The notes under the pieces: generated by a model | What the model was told of the DNA's origin: nothing | The model's database searches: none | Seen by the model: the letters and a program-made list of their open reading frames with translations, nothing else | Shown: positions 41,201 through 55,300 of the stretch, piece by piece | Layout: every line of letters starts with the position of its first letter | Position numbering within the stretch: the stretch's first letter is position 1 | Program-made: the position numbers and the translations under genes | Source: Azolla caroliniana | Taxonomy: Eukaryota; Plantae; Polypodiophyta | DNA length: 64,000 bases | Reading direction: 5' to 3' | Assembly: GCA_043228905.1 (NCBI GenBank) | Contig: JBHGNT010000032.1 | Location: forward strand, 186,001-250,000

Positions 41201-43575
41201 AGTTTCAAAATCTTGATTTTTTAATTCCATATCATAGCTCGCGTTGTTGGCTTCGATTCGCATGTTTGAACACAAAAATCCGATATCACACGAGCCAGGT
41301 ATGAACATTTTAATTTACTCAAGGGCTGTTCTCAACTCCGTCCTCAAGTTTGGTATTTTCGTCATGTCTCTCGACCTGGGTTTCAAAATCTTGATTTTTT
41401 AATTGCATATGATAGCTAGCGTTGTTGGCTTCGATTTGCATGTTTGAACACAAAAATCCGATATCACACGAGCCAGGTATGAACATTTTAATTTACTCAA
41501 GGGCTCCTCTCAACTCCCTCCTCAAGTTTGCTATTTTCGTCATGTCTCTCGACCTGAGTTTCAAAATCTTGATTTTTTAATTCCATATCATAGCTAGCGT
41601 TGTTAGCTTTGATTCGCATGTTTGAACACAAAAATCCGATATCACACGAGCCAGGTATGAACATTTTAATTTACTCAAGGGCTGTTCTCAACTCACTCCT
41701 CAAATTTGGTAATTTCGTCATGTCTCTCGACCTGGGTTTCAAAATCTTGATTTTTTAATTCCATATCATAGCTCGCGTTGTTAGCTTCGATTTGCATGTT
41801 TGAACACAAAAATCCGATATCACACGACCCAGGTATGAACATTTTAATTTACTCAAGGGCTGTTCTCAACTCACTCCTCAAATTTGCTATTTTCGTCATG
41901 TCTCTCGACCTGAGTTTCAAAATCTTGATTTTTTAATTCCATATCATAGCTCGCGTTGTTGGCTTCGATTCGCATGTTTGAACACAAAAATCCGATATCA
42001 CACGAGCCAGGTATGAACATTTTAATTTACTCAAGGGCTCCTCTCAACTCCCTCCTCAAGTTTGCTATTTTCGTCATGTCTCTCGACCTGGGTTTCAAAA
42101 TCTTGATTTTTTAATTGCATATGATAGCTAGCGTTGTTGGCTTCGATTTGCATGTTTGAACACAAAAATCCGATATCACACGAGCCAGGTATGAACATTT
42201 TAATTTACTCAAGGGCTCCTCTCAACTCCCTCCTCAAGTTTGCTATTTTCGTCATGTCTCTCGACCTGAGTTTCAAAATCTTGATTTTTTAATTCCATAT
42301 CATAGCTAGCGTTTCAAGCTTCGATTTGCATGTTTGAACACAAAAATCCGATATCACACGAGCCAGGTATGAACATTTTAATTTACTCAAGGGCTCCTCT
42401 CAACTCCCTCCTCAAGTTTGCTATTTTCGTCATGTCTCTCGACCTGAGTTTTAAAATCTTGATTTTTTAATTCCATATCATACCTCAGGTAGTTGGATTC
42501 GATTCGCATGTTTGAACACAAAAATCCGATATCACACGAGCCAGGTATGAACATTTTAATTTACTCAAGGGCTCCTCTCAACTCCCTCCTCAAGTTTGCT
42601 ATTTTCGTCATGTCTCTCGACCTGAGCTTCAAAATCTTGATTTTTTAATTCCATATCATAGCTCGCGTTGTTGGCTTCGATTCGCATGTTTGAACACAAA
42701 AATCCGATATCACACGAGCCAGGTATGAACATTTTAATTTACTCAAGGGCTCCTCTCAACTCCCTCCTCAAGTTTGCTATTTTCGTCATGTCTCTCGACC
42801 TGGGTTTCAAAATCTTGATTTTTTAATTGCATATGATAGCTAGCGTTGTTGGCTTCGATTTGCATGTTTGAACACAAAAATCCGATATCACACGAGCCAG
42901 GTATGAACATTTTAATTTACTCAAGGGCTCCTCTCAACTCCCTCCTCAAGTTTGCTATTTTCGTCATGTCTCTCGACCTGAGTTTCAAAATCTTGATTTT
43001 TTAATTCCATATCATAGCTAGCGTTTCAAGCTTCGATTTGCATGTTTGAACACAAAAATCCGATATCACACGAGCCAGGTATGAACATTTTAATTTCTTA
43101 AGGGCTCCTCTCAAGTCCCTCCTCAAGTTTGCTATTTTCGTCATGTCTCTCGACCTGAGTTTCAAAATCTTGATTTTTTAATTCCATATCATACCTCACG
43201 TAGTTGGCTTCGATTCGCATGTTTGAACACAAAAATCCCTCCTCTAGTTTGCTATTTTCGTCATGTCTCTCGACCTGAGTTTGAAATTCTTGATTTTTTA
43301 ATTCCATATCATAGCTAGCGTTGTTAGCTTCGATTTGCATGTTTGAACACAAAAATCCGATATCACACGAGCCAGGTATGAACATTTTAATTTACTCAAG
43401 GGCTCCTCTCAACTCCCTCCTCAAGTTTGCTATTTTCGTCATGTATCTCGACCTGAGTTTGAAATTCTTGATTTTTTAATTCCATATCATAGCTAGCGTT
43501 GTTAGCTTCGATTTGCATGTTTGAACACAAAAATCCGATATCACACGACCCAGGTATGAACATTTTAATTTACTC

Positions 43576-46422
43576 AAGGGCTGTTCTCAACTCACTCCTC
43601 AAATTTGCTATTTTCGTCATGTCTCTCGACCTGAGTTTCAAAATCTTGATTTTTTAATTCCATATCATAGCTCGCGTTGTTGGCTTCGATTCGCATGTTT
43701 GAACACAAAAATCCGATATCACACGAGCCAGGTATGAACATTTTAATTTACTCAAGGGCTCCTCTCAACTCCCTCCTCAAGTTTGCTATTTTCGTCATGT
43801 CTCTCGACCTGGGTTTCAAAATCTTGATTTTTTAATTGCATATGATAGCTAGCGTTGTTGGCTTCGATTTGCATGTTTGAACACAAAAATCCGATATCAC
43901 ACGAGCCAGGTATGAACATTTTAATTTACTCAAGGGCTCCTCTCAACTCCCTCCTCAAGTTTGCTATTTTCGTCATGTCTCTCGACCTGAGTTTCAAAAT
44001 CTTGATTTTTTAATTCCATATCATAGCTAGCGTTTCAAGCTTCGATTTGCATGTTTGAACACAAAAATCCGATATCACACGAGCCAGGTATGAACATTTT
44101 AATTTACTCAAGGGCTCCTCTCAACTCCCTCCTCAAGTTTGCTATTTTCGTCATGTCTCTCGACCTGAGTTTCAAAATCTTGATTTTTTAATTCCATATC
44201 ATACCTCAGGTAGTTGGATTCGATTCGCATGTTTGAACACAAAAATCCGATATCACACGAGCCAGGTATGAACATTTTAATTTACTCAAGGGCTCCTCTC
44301 AACTCCCTCCTCAAGTTTGCTATTTTCGTCATGTATCTCGACCTGAGTTTGAAATTCTTGATTTTTTAATTCCATATCATAGCTAGCGTTGTTAGCTTCG
44401 ATTTGCATGTTTGAACACAAAAATCCGATATCACACGACCCAGGTATGAACATTTTAATTTACTCAAGGGCTGTTCTCAACTCACTCCTCAAATTTGCTA
44501 TTTTCGTCATGTCTCTCGACCTGAGTTTCAAAATCTTGATTTTTTAATTCCATATCATAGCTCGCGTTGTTGGCTTCGATTCGCATGTTTGAACACAAAA
44601 ATCCGATATCACACGAGCCAGGTATGAACATTTTAATTTACTCAAGGGCTGTTCTCAACTCCGTCCTCAAGTTTGCTATTTTCGTCATGTCTCTCGACCT
44701 GGGTTTCAAAATCTTGATTTTTTAATTGCATATGATAGCTAGCGTTGTTGGCTTCGATTTGCATGTTTGAACACAAAAATCCGATATCACACGAGCCAGG
44801 TATGAACATTTTAATTTACTCAAGGGCTCCTCTCAACTCCCTCCTCAAGTTTGCTATTTTCGTCATGTCTCTCGACCTGAGTTTCAAAATCTTGATTTTT
44901 TAATTCCATATCATAGCTAGCGTTTCAAGCTTCGATTTGCATGTTTGAACACAAAAATCCGATATCACACGACCCAGGTATGAACATTTTAATTTACTCA
45001 AGGGCTGTTCTCAACTCACTCCTCAAATTTGCTATTTTCGTCATGTCTCTCGACCTGAGTTTCAAAATCTTGATTTTTTAATTCCATATCATAGCTCGCG
45101 TTGTTGGCTTCGATTCGCATGTTTGAACACAAAAATCCGATATCACACGAGCCAGGTATGAACATTTTAATTTACTCAAGGGCTCCTCTCAACTCCCTCC
45201 TCAAGTTTGCTATTTTCGTCATGTCTCTCGACCTGGGTTTCAAAATCTTGATTTTTTAATTGCATATGATAGCTAGCGTTGTTGGCTTCGATTTGCATGT
45301 TTGAACACAAAAATCCGATATCACACGAGCCAGGTATGAACATTTTAATTTACTCAAGGGCTCCTCTCAACTCCCTCCTCAAGTTTGCTATTTTCGTCAT
45401 GTCTCTCGACCTGAGTTTCAAAATCTTGATTTTTTAATTCCATATCATAGCTAGCGTTTCAAGCTTCGATTTGCATGTTTGAACACAAAAATCCGATATC
45501 ACACGAGCCAGGTATGAACATTTTAATTTACTCAAGGGCTCCTCTCAACTCCCTCCTCAAGTTTGCTATTTTCGTCATGTCTCTCGACCTGAGTTTCAAA
45601 ATCTTGATTTTTTAATTCCATATCATACCTCAGGTAGTTGGATTCGATTCGCATGTTTGAACACAAAAATCCGATATCACACGAGCCAGGTATGAACATT
45701 TTAATTTACTCAAGGGCTCCTCTCAACTCCCTCCTCAAGTTTGCTATTTTCGTCATGTATCTCGACCTGAGTTTGAAATTCTTGATTTTTTAATTCCATA
45801 TCATAGCTAGCGTTGTTAGCTTCGATTTGCATGTTTGAACACAAAAATCCGATATCACACGACCCAGGTATGAACATTTTAATTTACTCAAGGGCTGTTC
45901 TCAACTCACTCCTCAAATTTGCTATTTTCGTCATGTCTCTCGACCTGAGTTTCAAAATCTTGATTTTTTAATTCCATATCATAGCTCGCGTTGTTGGCTT
46001 CGATTCGCATGTTTGAACACAAAAATCCGATATCACACGAGCCAGGTATGAACATTTTAATTTACTCAAGGGCTGTTCTCAACTCCGTCCTCAAGTTTGG
46101 TATTTTCGTCATGTCTCTCGACCTGGGTTTCAAAATCTTGATTTTTTAATTGCATATGATAGCTAGCGTTGTTGGCTTCGATTTGCATGTTTGAACACAA
46201 AAATCCGATATCACACGAGCCAGGTATGAACATTTTAATTTACTCAAGGGCTCCTCTCAACTCCCTCCTCAAGTTTGCTATTTTCGTCATGTCTCTCGAC
46301 CTGAGTTTCAAAATCTTGATTTTTTAATTCCATATCATAGCTAGCGTTTCAAGCTTCGATTTGCATGTTTGAACACAAAAATCTGATATCACACGAGCCA
46401 GGTATGAACATTTTAATTACTT
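43576..46422 (+). repeat. 8-mer HOR, two copies (1424 bp)
   Basis: CCTCAGGTAGTTGGATT at 44204 and 45628. Same monomer-type order from 43576 and from 45000. Confidence 0.8.
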
Positions 46423-46778
46423 AAGGGCTCCTCTCAACTCCCTCCTCAAGTTTGCTATTTTCGTCATGTCTCTCGACCTGAGTTTCAAAATCTTGATTTT
46501 TTAATTCCATATCATAGCTAGCGTTGTTAGCTTTGATTCGCATGTTTGAACACAAAAATCCGATATCACACGAGCCAGGTATGAACATTTTAATTTACTC
46601 AAGGGCTGTTCTCAACTCACTCCTCAAATTTGGTAATTTCGTCATGTCTCTCGACCTGGGTTTCAAAATCTTGATTTTTTAATTCCATATCATAGCTCGC
46701 GTTGTTGGCTTCGATTCGCATGTTTGAACACAAAAATCCGATATCACACGAGCCAGGTATGAACATTTTAATTTACTC

Positions 46779-49090
46779 AAGGGCTGTTCTCAACTCCGTC
46801 CTCAAGTTTGGTATTTTCGTCATGTCTCTCGACCTGGGTTTCAAAATCTTGATTTTTTAATTGCATATGATAGCTAGCGTTGTTGGCTTCGATTTGCATG
46901 TTTGAACACAAAAATCCGATATCACACGAGCCAGGTATGAACATTTTAATTTACTCAAGGGCTCCTCTCAACTCCCTCCTCAAGTTTGCTATTTTCGTCA
47001 TGTCTCTCGACCTGAGTTTCAAAATCTTGATTTTTTAATTCCATATCATAGCTAGCGTTGTGGGCTTCGATTCGCATGTTTGAACACAAAAATCCGATAT
47101 CACACGAGCCAGGTATGAACATTTTAATTTACTCAAGGGCTCCTCTCAACTCCCTCCTCAAGTTTGCTATTTTCGTCATGTCTCTCGACCTGAGTTTGAA
47201 ATTCTTGATTTTTTAATTCCATATCATAGCTAGCGTTGTTAGCTTCGATTTGCATGTTTGAACACAAAAATCCGATATCACACGACCCAGGTATGAACAT
47301 TTTAATTTACTCAAGGGCTGTTCTCAACTCACTCCTCAAATTTGCTATTTTCGTCATGTCTCTCGACCTGAGTTTCAAAATCTTGATTTTTTAATTCCAT
47401 ATCAAAGCTCCGTTGTTGGCTTCGATTCGCATGTTTGAACACAAAAATCCGATATCACACGAGCCAGGTATGAACATTTTAATTTACTCAAGGGCTCCTC
47501 TCAACTCCCTCCTCAAGTTTGCTATTTTCGTCATGTCTCTCGACCTGGGTTTCAATATCTTGATTTTTTAATTCCATATCATAGCTAGCGTTGTTGGCTT
47601 CGATTCGCATGTTTGAACACAAAAATCCGATATCACACGAGCCAGGTATGAACATTTTAATTTACTCAAGGGCTCCTCTCAACTCCCTCCTCAAGTTTGC
47701 TATTTTCGTCATGTCTCTCGACCTGGGTTTCAATATCTTGATTTTTTAATTCCATATGATAGCTGGCGTTGTTGGCTTCGATTCGCATGTTTGAACACAA
47801 AAATCCGATATCACACGAGCCAGGTATGAACATTTTAATTTACTCAAGGGCTCCTCTCAACTCCCTCCTCAAGTTTGCTATTTTCGTCATGTCTCTCGAC
47901 CTGAGTTTGAAATTCTTGATTTTTTAATTCCATATCATAGCTAGCGTTGTTAGCTTCGATTCGCATGTTTGAACACAAAAATCCGATATCACACGAGCCA
48001 GGTATGAACATTTTAATTTACTCAAGGGCTGTTCTCAACTCCGTCCTCAAGTTTGGTATTTTCGTCATGTCTCTCGACCTGGGTTTCAAAATCTTGATTT
48101 TTTAATTGCATATGATAGCTAGCGTTGTTGGCTTCGATTTGCATGTTTGAACACAAAAATCCGATATCACACGAGCCAGGTATGAACATTTTAATTTACT
48201 CAAGGGCTCCTCTCAACTCCCTCCTCAAGTTTGCTATTTTCGTCATGTCTCTCGACCTGAGTTTCAAAATCTTGATTTTTTAATTCCATATCATAGCTAG
48301 CGTTGTGGGCTTCGATTCGCATGTTTGAACACAAAAATCCGATATCACACGAGCCAGGTATGAACATTTTAATTTACTCAAGGGCTCCTCTCAACTCCCT
48401 CCTCAAGTTTGCTATTTTCGTCATGTCTCTCGACCTGAGTTTGAAATTCTTGATTTTTTAATTCCATATCATAGCTAGCGTTGTTAGCTTCGATTTGCAT
48501 GTTTGAACACAAAAATCCGATATCACACGACCCAGGTATGAACATTTTAATTTACTCAAGGGCTGTTCTCAACTCACTCCTCAAATTTGCTATTTTCGTC
48601 ATGTCTCTCGACCTGAGTTTCAAAATCTTGATTTTTTAATTCCATATCAAAGCTCCGTTGTTGGCTTCGATTCGCATGTTTGAACACAAAAATCCGATAT
48701 CACACGAGCCAGGTATGAACATTTTAATTTACTCAAGGGCTCCTCTCAACTCCCTCCTCAAGTTTGCTATTTTCGTCATGTCTCTCGACCTGGGTTTCAA
48801 TATCTTGATTTTTTAATTCCATATCATAGCTAGCGTTGTTGGCTTCGATTCGCATGTTTGAACACAAAAATCCGATATCACACGAGCCAGGTATGAACAT
48901 TTTAATTTACTCAAGGGCTCCTCTCAACTCCCTCCTCAAGTTTGCTATTTTCGTCATGTCTCTCGACCTGGGTTTCAATATCTTGATTTTTTAATTCCAT
49001 ATGATAGCTGGCGTTGTTGGCTTCGATTCGCATGTTTGAACACAAAAATCCGATATCACACGAGCCAGGTATGAACATTTTAATTTACTC
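46779..49090 (+). repeat. Duplication with 7-monomer period (1245 bp), six monomers matching
   Basis: GTTGTGGGC at 47061/48306, ATCAAAGCTCCGTT at 47401/48646. CAATATC and GCTGGCG monomers appear in the same order. Confidence 0.85.
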
Positions 49091-49388
49091 AAGGGCTCCT
49101 CTCAACTCCCTCCTCAAGTTTGCTATTTTCGTCATGTCTCTCGACCTGAGTTTCAAAATCTTGATTTTTTAATTCCATATCATACCTCACGTAGTTGGCT
49201 TCGATTCGCATGTTTGAACACAAAAATCCCTCCTCTAGTTTGCTATTTTCGTCATGTCTCTCGACCTGAGTTTGAAATTCTTGATTTTTTAATTCCATAT
49301 CATAGCTAGCGTTGTTGGCTTCGATTCGCATGTTTGAACACAAAAATCCGATATCACAGGAGCCAGGTATGAACATTTTAATTTACTC

Positions 49389-52300
49389 AAGGGCTCCTCT
49401 CAACTCCCTCCTCAAGTTTGCTATTTTCGTCATGTATCTCGACCTGAGTTTGAAATTCTTGATTTTTTAATTCCATATCATAGCTAGCGTTGTTAGCTTC
49501 GATTTGCATGTTTGAACACAAAAATCCGATATCACACGACCCAGGTATGAACATTTTAATTTACTCAAGGGCTGTTCTCAACTCACTCCTCAAATTTGCT
49601 ATTTTCGTCATGTCTCTCGACCTGAGTTTCAAAATCTTGATTTTTTAATTCCATATCATAGCTCGCGTTGTTGGCTTCGATTCGCATGTTTGAACACAAA
49701 AATCCGATATCACACGAGCCAGGTATGAACATTTTAATTTACTCAAGGGCTGTTCTCAACTCCGTCCTCAAGTTTGCTATTTTCGTCATGTCTCTCGACC
49801 TGGGTTTCAAAATCTTGATTTTTTAATTGCATATGATAGCTAGCGTTGTTGGCTTCGATTTGCATGTTTGAACACAAATATCCGATATCACACGAGCCAG
49901 GTATGAACATTTTAATTTACTCCAGGGCTCCTCTCAACTCCCTCCTCAAGTTTGCTATTTTCGTCATGTCTCTCGACCTGAGTTTCAAAATCTTGATTTT
50001 TTAATTCCATATCATAGCTAGCGTTTCAAGCTTCGATTTGCATGTTTGAACACAAAAATCTGATATCACACGAGCCAGGTATGAACATTTTAATTACTTA
50101 AGGGCTCCTCTCAACTCCCTCCTCAAGTTTGCTATTTTCGTCATGTCTCTCGACCTGAGTTTCAAAATCTTGATTTTTTAATTCCATATCATAGCTAGCG
50201 TTGTTAGCTTTGATTCGCATGTTTGAACACAAAAATCCGATATCACACGAGCCAGGTATGAACATTTTAATTTACTCAGGGCTGTTCTCAACTCACTCCT
50301 CAAATTTGGTAATTTCGTCATGTCTCTCGACTTGGGTTTCAAAATCTTGATTTTTTAATTCCATATCATACCTAGCGTTGTTGGCTTCGATTCGCATGTT
50401 TGAACACAAAAATCCGATATCACACGAGCCAGGTATGAACATTTTAATTTACTCAAGGGCTCCTCTCAACTCCCTCCTCAAGTTTGCTATTTTCGTCATG
50501 TCTCTCGACCTGAGTTTCAAAGTCTTGATTTTTTAATTCCATATCATAGCTAGCGTTGTTGGCTTCGATTCGCATGTTTGAACACAAAAATCCGATATCA
50601 CACGAGCCAGGTATGAACATTTTAATTTACTCAAGGGCTCCTCTCAACTCCCTCCTCAAGTTTGCTATTTTCGTCATGTCTCTCGACCTGAGTTTGAAAT
50701 TCTTGATTTTTTAATTCCATATCATAGCTAGCGTTGTTAGCTTCGATTTGCATGTTTGAACACAAAAATCCGATATCACACATCCCAGGTATGAACATTT
50801 TAATTTACTCAAGGGCTGTTCTCAACTCACTCCTCAAATTTGCTATTTTCGTCATGTCTCTCGACCTGAGTTTCAAAATCTTGATTTTTTAATTCCATAA
50901 CAAAGCTCGCGTTGTTGGCTTCGATTCGCATGTTTGAACACAAAAATCCGATATCACACGAGCCAGGTATGAACATTTTAATTTACTCAAGGGCTCCTCT
51001 CAACTCCCTCCTCAAGTTTGCTATTTTCGTCATGTCTCTCGACCTGAGTTTCAAAATCTTGATTTTTTAATTCCATGTCATAGCTAGCGTTTCAAGCTTC
51101 GATTTGCATGTTTGAACACAAAAATCTGATATCACACGAGCCAGGTATGAACATTTTAATTACTTAAGGGCTCCTCTCAACTCCCTCCTCAAGTTTGCTA
51201 TTTTCGTCATGTCTCTCGACCTGAGTTTCAAAATCTTGATTTTTTAATTCCATATCATACCTCAGGTAGTTGGATTCGATTCGCATGTTTGAACACAAAA
51301 ATCCGATATCACACGAGCCAGGTATGAACATTTTAATTTACTCAAGGGCTCCTCTCAACTCCCTCCTCAAGTTTGCTATTTTCGTCATGTCTCTCGACCT
51401 GAGTTTCAAAATCTTGATTTTTTAATTCCATATCATAGCTAGCGTTTCAAGCTTCGATTTGCATGTTTGAACACAAAAATCTGATATCACACGAGCCAGG
51501 TATGAACATTTTAATTACTTAAGGGCTCCTCTCAACTCCCTCCTCAAGTTTGCTATTTTCGTCATGTCTCTCGACCTGAGTTTCAAAATCTTGATTTTTT
51601 AATTCCATATCATACCTCAGGTAGTTGGATTCGATTCGCATGTTTGAACACAAAAATCCGATATCACACGAGCCAGGTATGAACATTTTAATTTACTCAA
51701 GGGCTCCTCTCAACTCCCTCCTCAAGTTTGCTATTTTCGTCATGTATCTCGACCTGAGTTTGAAATTCTTGATTTTTTAATTCCATATCATAGCTAGCGT
51801 TGTTAGCTTCGATTTGCATGTTTGAACACAAAAATCCGATATCACACGACCCAGGTATGAACATTTTAATTTACTCAAGGGCTGTTCTCAACTCACTCCT
51901 CAAATTTGCTATTTTCGTCATGTCTCTCGACCTGAGTTTCAAAATCTTGATTTTTTAATTCCATATCATAGCTCGCGTTGTTGGCTTCGATTCGCATGTT
52001 TGAACACAAAAATCCGATATCACACGAGCCAGGTATGAACATTTTAATTTACTCAAGGGCTGTTCTCAACTCCGTCCTCAAGTTTGCTATTTTCGTCATG
52101 TCTCTCGACCTGGGTTTCAAAATCTTGATTTTTTAATTGCATATGATAGCTAGCGTTGTTGGCTTCGATTTGCATGTTTGAACACAAATATCCGATATCA
52201 CACGAGCCAGGTATGAACATTTTAATTTACTCCAGGGCTCCTCTCAACTCCCTCCTCAAGTTTGCTATTTTCGTCATGTCTCTCGACCTGAGTTTCAAAA

Positions 52301-55300
52301 TCTTGATGTTTTAATTCCATATCATAGCTAGCGTTTCAAGCTTCGATTTGCATGTTTGAACACAAAAATCTGATATCACACGAGCCAGGTATGAACATTT
52401 TAATTACTTAAGGGCTCCTCTCAACTCCCTCCTCAAGTTTGCTATTTTCGTCATGTCTCTCGACCTGAGTTTCAAAATCTTGATTTTTTAATTCCATATC
52501 ATAGCTAGCGTTGTTAGCTTTGATTCGCATGTTTGAACACAAAAATCCGATATCACACGAGCCAGGTATGAACATTTTAATTTACTCAGGGCTGTTCTCA
52601 ACTCACTCCTCAAATTTGGTAATTTCGTCATGTCTCTCGACCTGGGTTTCAAAATCTTGATTTTTTAATTCCATATCATAGCTAGCGTTGTTGGCTTCGA
52701 TTCGCATGTTTGAACACAAAAATCCGATATCACACGAGCCAGGTATGAACATTTTAATTTACTCAAGGGCTCCTCTCAACTCCCTCCTCAAGTTTGCTAT
52801 TTTCGTCATGTCTCTCGACCTGAGTTTCAAAGTCTTGATTTTTTAATTCCATATCATAGCTAGCGTTGTTGGCTTCGATTCGCATGTTTGAACACAAAAA
52901 TCCGATATCACACGAGCCAGGTATGAACATTTTAATTTACTCAAGGGCTCCTCTCAACTCCCTCCTCAAGTTTGCTATTTTCGTCATGTCTCTCGACCTG
53001 AGTTTGAAATTCTTGATTTTTTAATTCCATATCATAGCTAGCGTTGTTAGCTTCGATTTGCATGTTTGAACACAAAAATCCGATATCACACATCCCAGGT
53101 ATGAACATTTTAATTTACTGAAGGGCTGTTCTCAACTCACTCCTCAAATTTGCTATTTTCGTCATGTCTCTCGACCTGAGTTTCAAAATCTTGATTTTTT
53201 AATTCCATAACAAAGCTCGCGTTGTTGGCTTCGATTCGCATGTTTGAACACAAAAATCCGATATCACACGAGCCAGGTATGAACATTTTAATTTACTCAA
53301 GGGCTCCTCTCAACTCCCTCCTCAAGTTTGCTATTTTCGTCATGTCTCTCGACCTGAGTTTCAAAATCTTGATTTTTTAATTCCATGTCATAGCTAGCGT
53401 TTCAAGCTTCGATTTGCATGTTTGAACACAAAAATCTGATATCACACGAGCCAGGTATGAACATTTTAATTACTTAAGGGCTCCTCTCAACTCCCTCCTC
53501 AAGTTTGCTATTTTCGTCATGTCTCTCGACCTGAGTTTCAAAATCTTGATTTTTTAATTCCATATCATACCTCAGGTAGTTGGATTCGATTCGCATGTTT
53601 GAACACAAAAATCCGATATCACACGAGCCAGGTATGAACATTTTAATTTACTCAAGGGCTCCTCTCAACTCCCTCCTCAAGTTTGCTATTTTCGTCATGT
53701 ATCTCGACCTGAGTTTGAAATTCTTGATTTTTTAATTCCATATCATAGCTAGCGTTGTTAGCTTCGATTTGCATGTTTGAACACAAAAATCCGATATCAC
53801 ACGACCCAGGTATGAACATTTTAATTTACTCAAGGGCTGTTCTCAACTCACTCCTCAAATTTGCTATTTTCGTCATGTCTCTCGACCTGAGTTTCAAAAT
53901 CTTGATTTTTTAATTCCATATCATAGCTCGCGTTGTTGGCTTCGATTCGCATGTTTGAACACAAAAATCCGATATCACACGAGCCAGGTATGAACATTTT
54001 AATTTACTCAAGGGCTGTTCTCAACTCCGTCCTCAAGTTTGCTATTTTCGTCATGTCTCTCGACCTGGGTTTCAAAATCTTGATTTTTTAATTGCATATG
54101 ATAGCTAGCGTTGTTGGCTTCGATTTGCATGTTTGAACACAAATATCCGATATCACACGAGCCAGGTATGAACATTTTAATTTACTCCAGGGCTCCTCTC
54201 AACTCCCTCCTCAAGTTTGCTATTTTCGTCATGTCTCTCGACCTGAGTTTCAAAATCTTGATTTTTTAATTCCATATCATAGCTAGCGTTTCAAGCTTCG
54301 ATTTGCATGTTTGAACACAAAAATCTGATATCACACGAGCCAGGTATGAACATTTTAATCACTTAAGGGCTCCTCTCAACTCCCTCCTCAAGTTTGCTAT
54401 TTTCGTCATGTATCTCGACCTGAGTTTGAAATTCTTGATTTTTTAATTCCATATCATAGCTAGCGTTGTTAGCTTCGATTTGCATGTTTGAACACAAAAA
54501 TCCGATATCACACGACCCAGGTATGAACATTTTAATTTACTCAAGGGCTGTTCTCAACTCACTCCTCAAATTTGCTATTTTCGTCATGTCTCTCGACCTG
54601 AGTTTCAAAATCTTGATTTTTTAATTCCATATCATAGCTAGCGTTGTTGGCTTCGATTCGCATGTTTGAACACAAAAATCCGATATCACACGAGCCAGGT
54701 ATGAACATTTTAATTTACTCAAGGGCTCCTCTCAACTCCCTCCTCAAGTTTGCTATTTTCGTCATGTCTCTCGACCTGAGTTTGAAATTCTTGATTTTTT
54801 AATTCCATATCATAGCTAGCGTTGTTAGCTTCGATTTGCATGTTTGAACACAAAAATCCGATATCACACGACCCAGGTATGAACATTTTAATTTACTCAA
54901 GGGCTGTTCTCAACTCACTCCTCAAATTTGCTATTTTCGTCATGTCTCTCGACCTGAGTTTCAAAATCTTGATTTTTTAATTCCATATCAAAGCTCCGTT
55001 GTTGGCTTCGATTCGCATGTTTGAACACAAAAATCCGATATCACACGAGCCAGGTATGAACATTTTAATTTACTCAAGGGCTCCTCTCAACTCCCTCCTC
55101 AAGTTTGCTATTTTCGTCATGTCTCTCGACCTGGGTTTCAATATCTTGATTTTTTAATTCCATATGATAGCTAGCGTTGTTGGCTTCGATTCGCATGTTT
55201 GAACACAAAAATCCGATATCACACGAGCCAGGTATGAACATTTTAATTTACTCAAGGGCTCCTCTCAACTCCCTCCTCAAGTTTGCTATTTTCGTCATGT

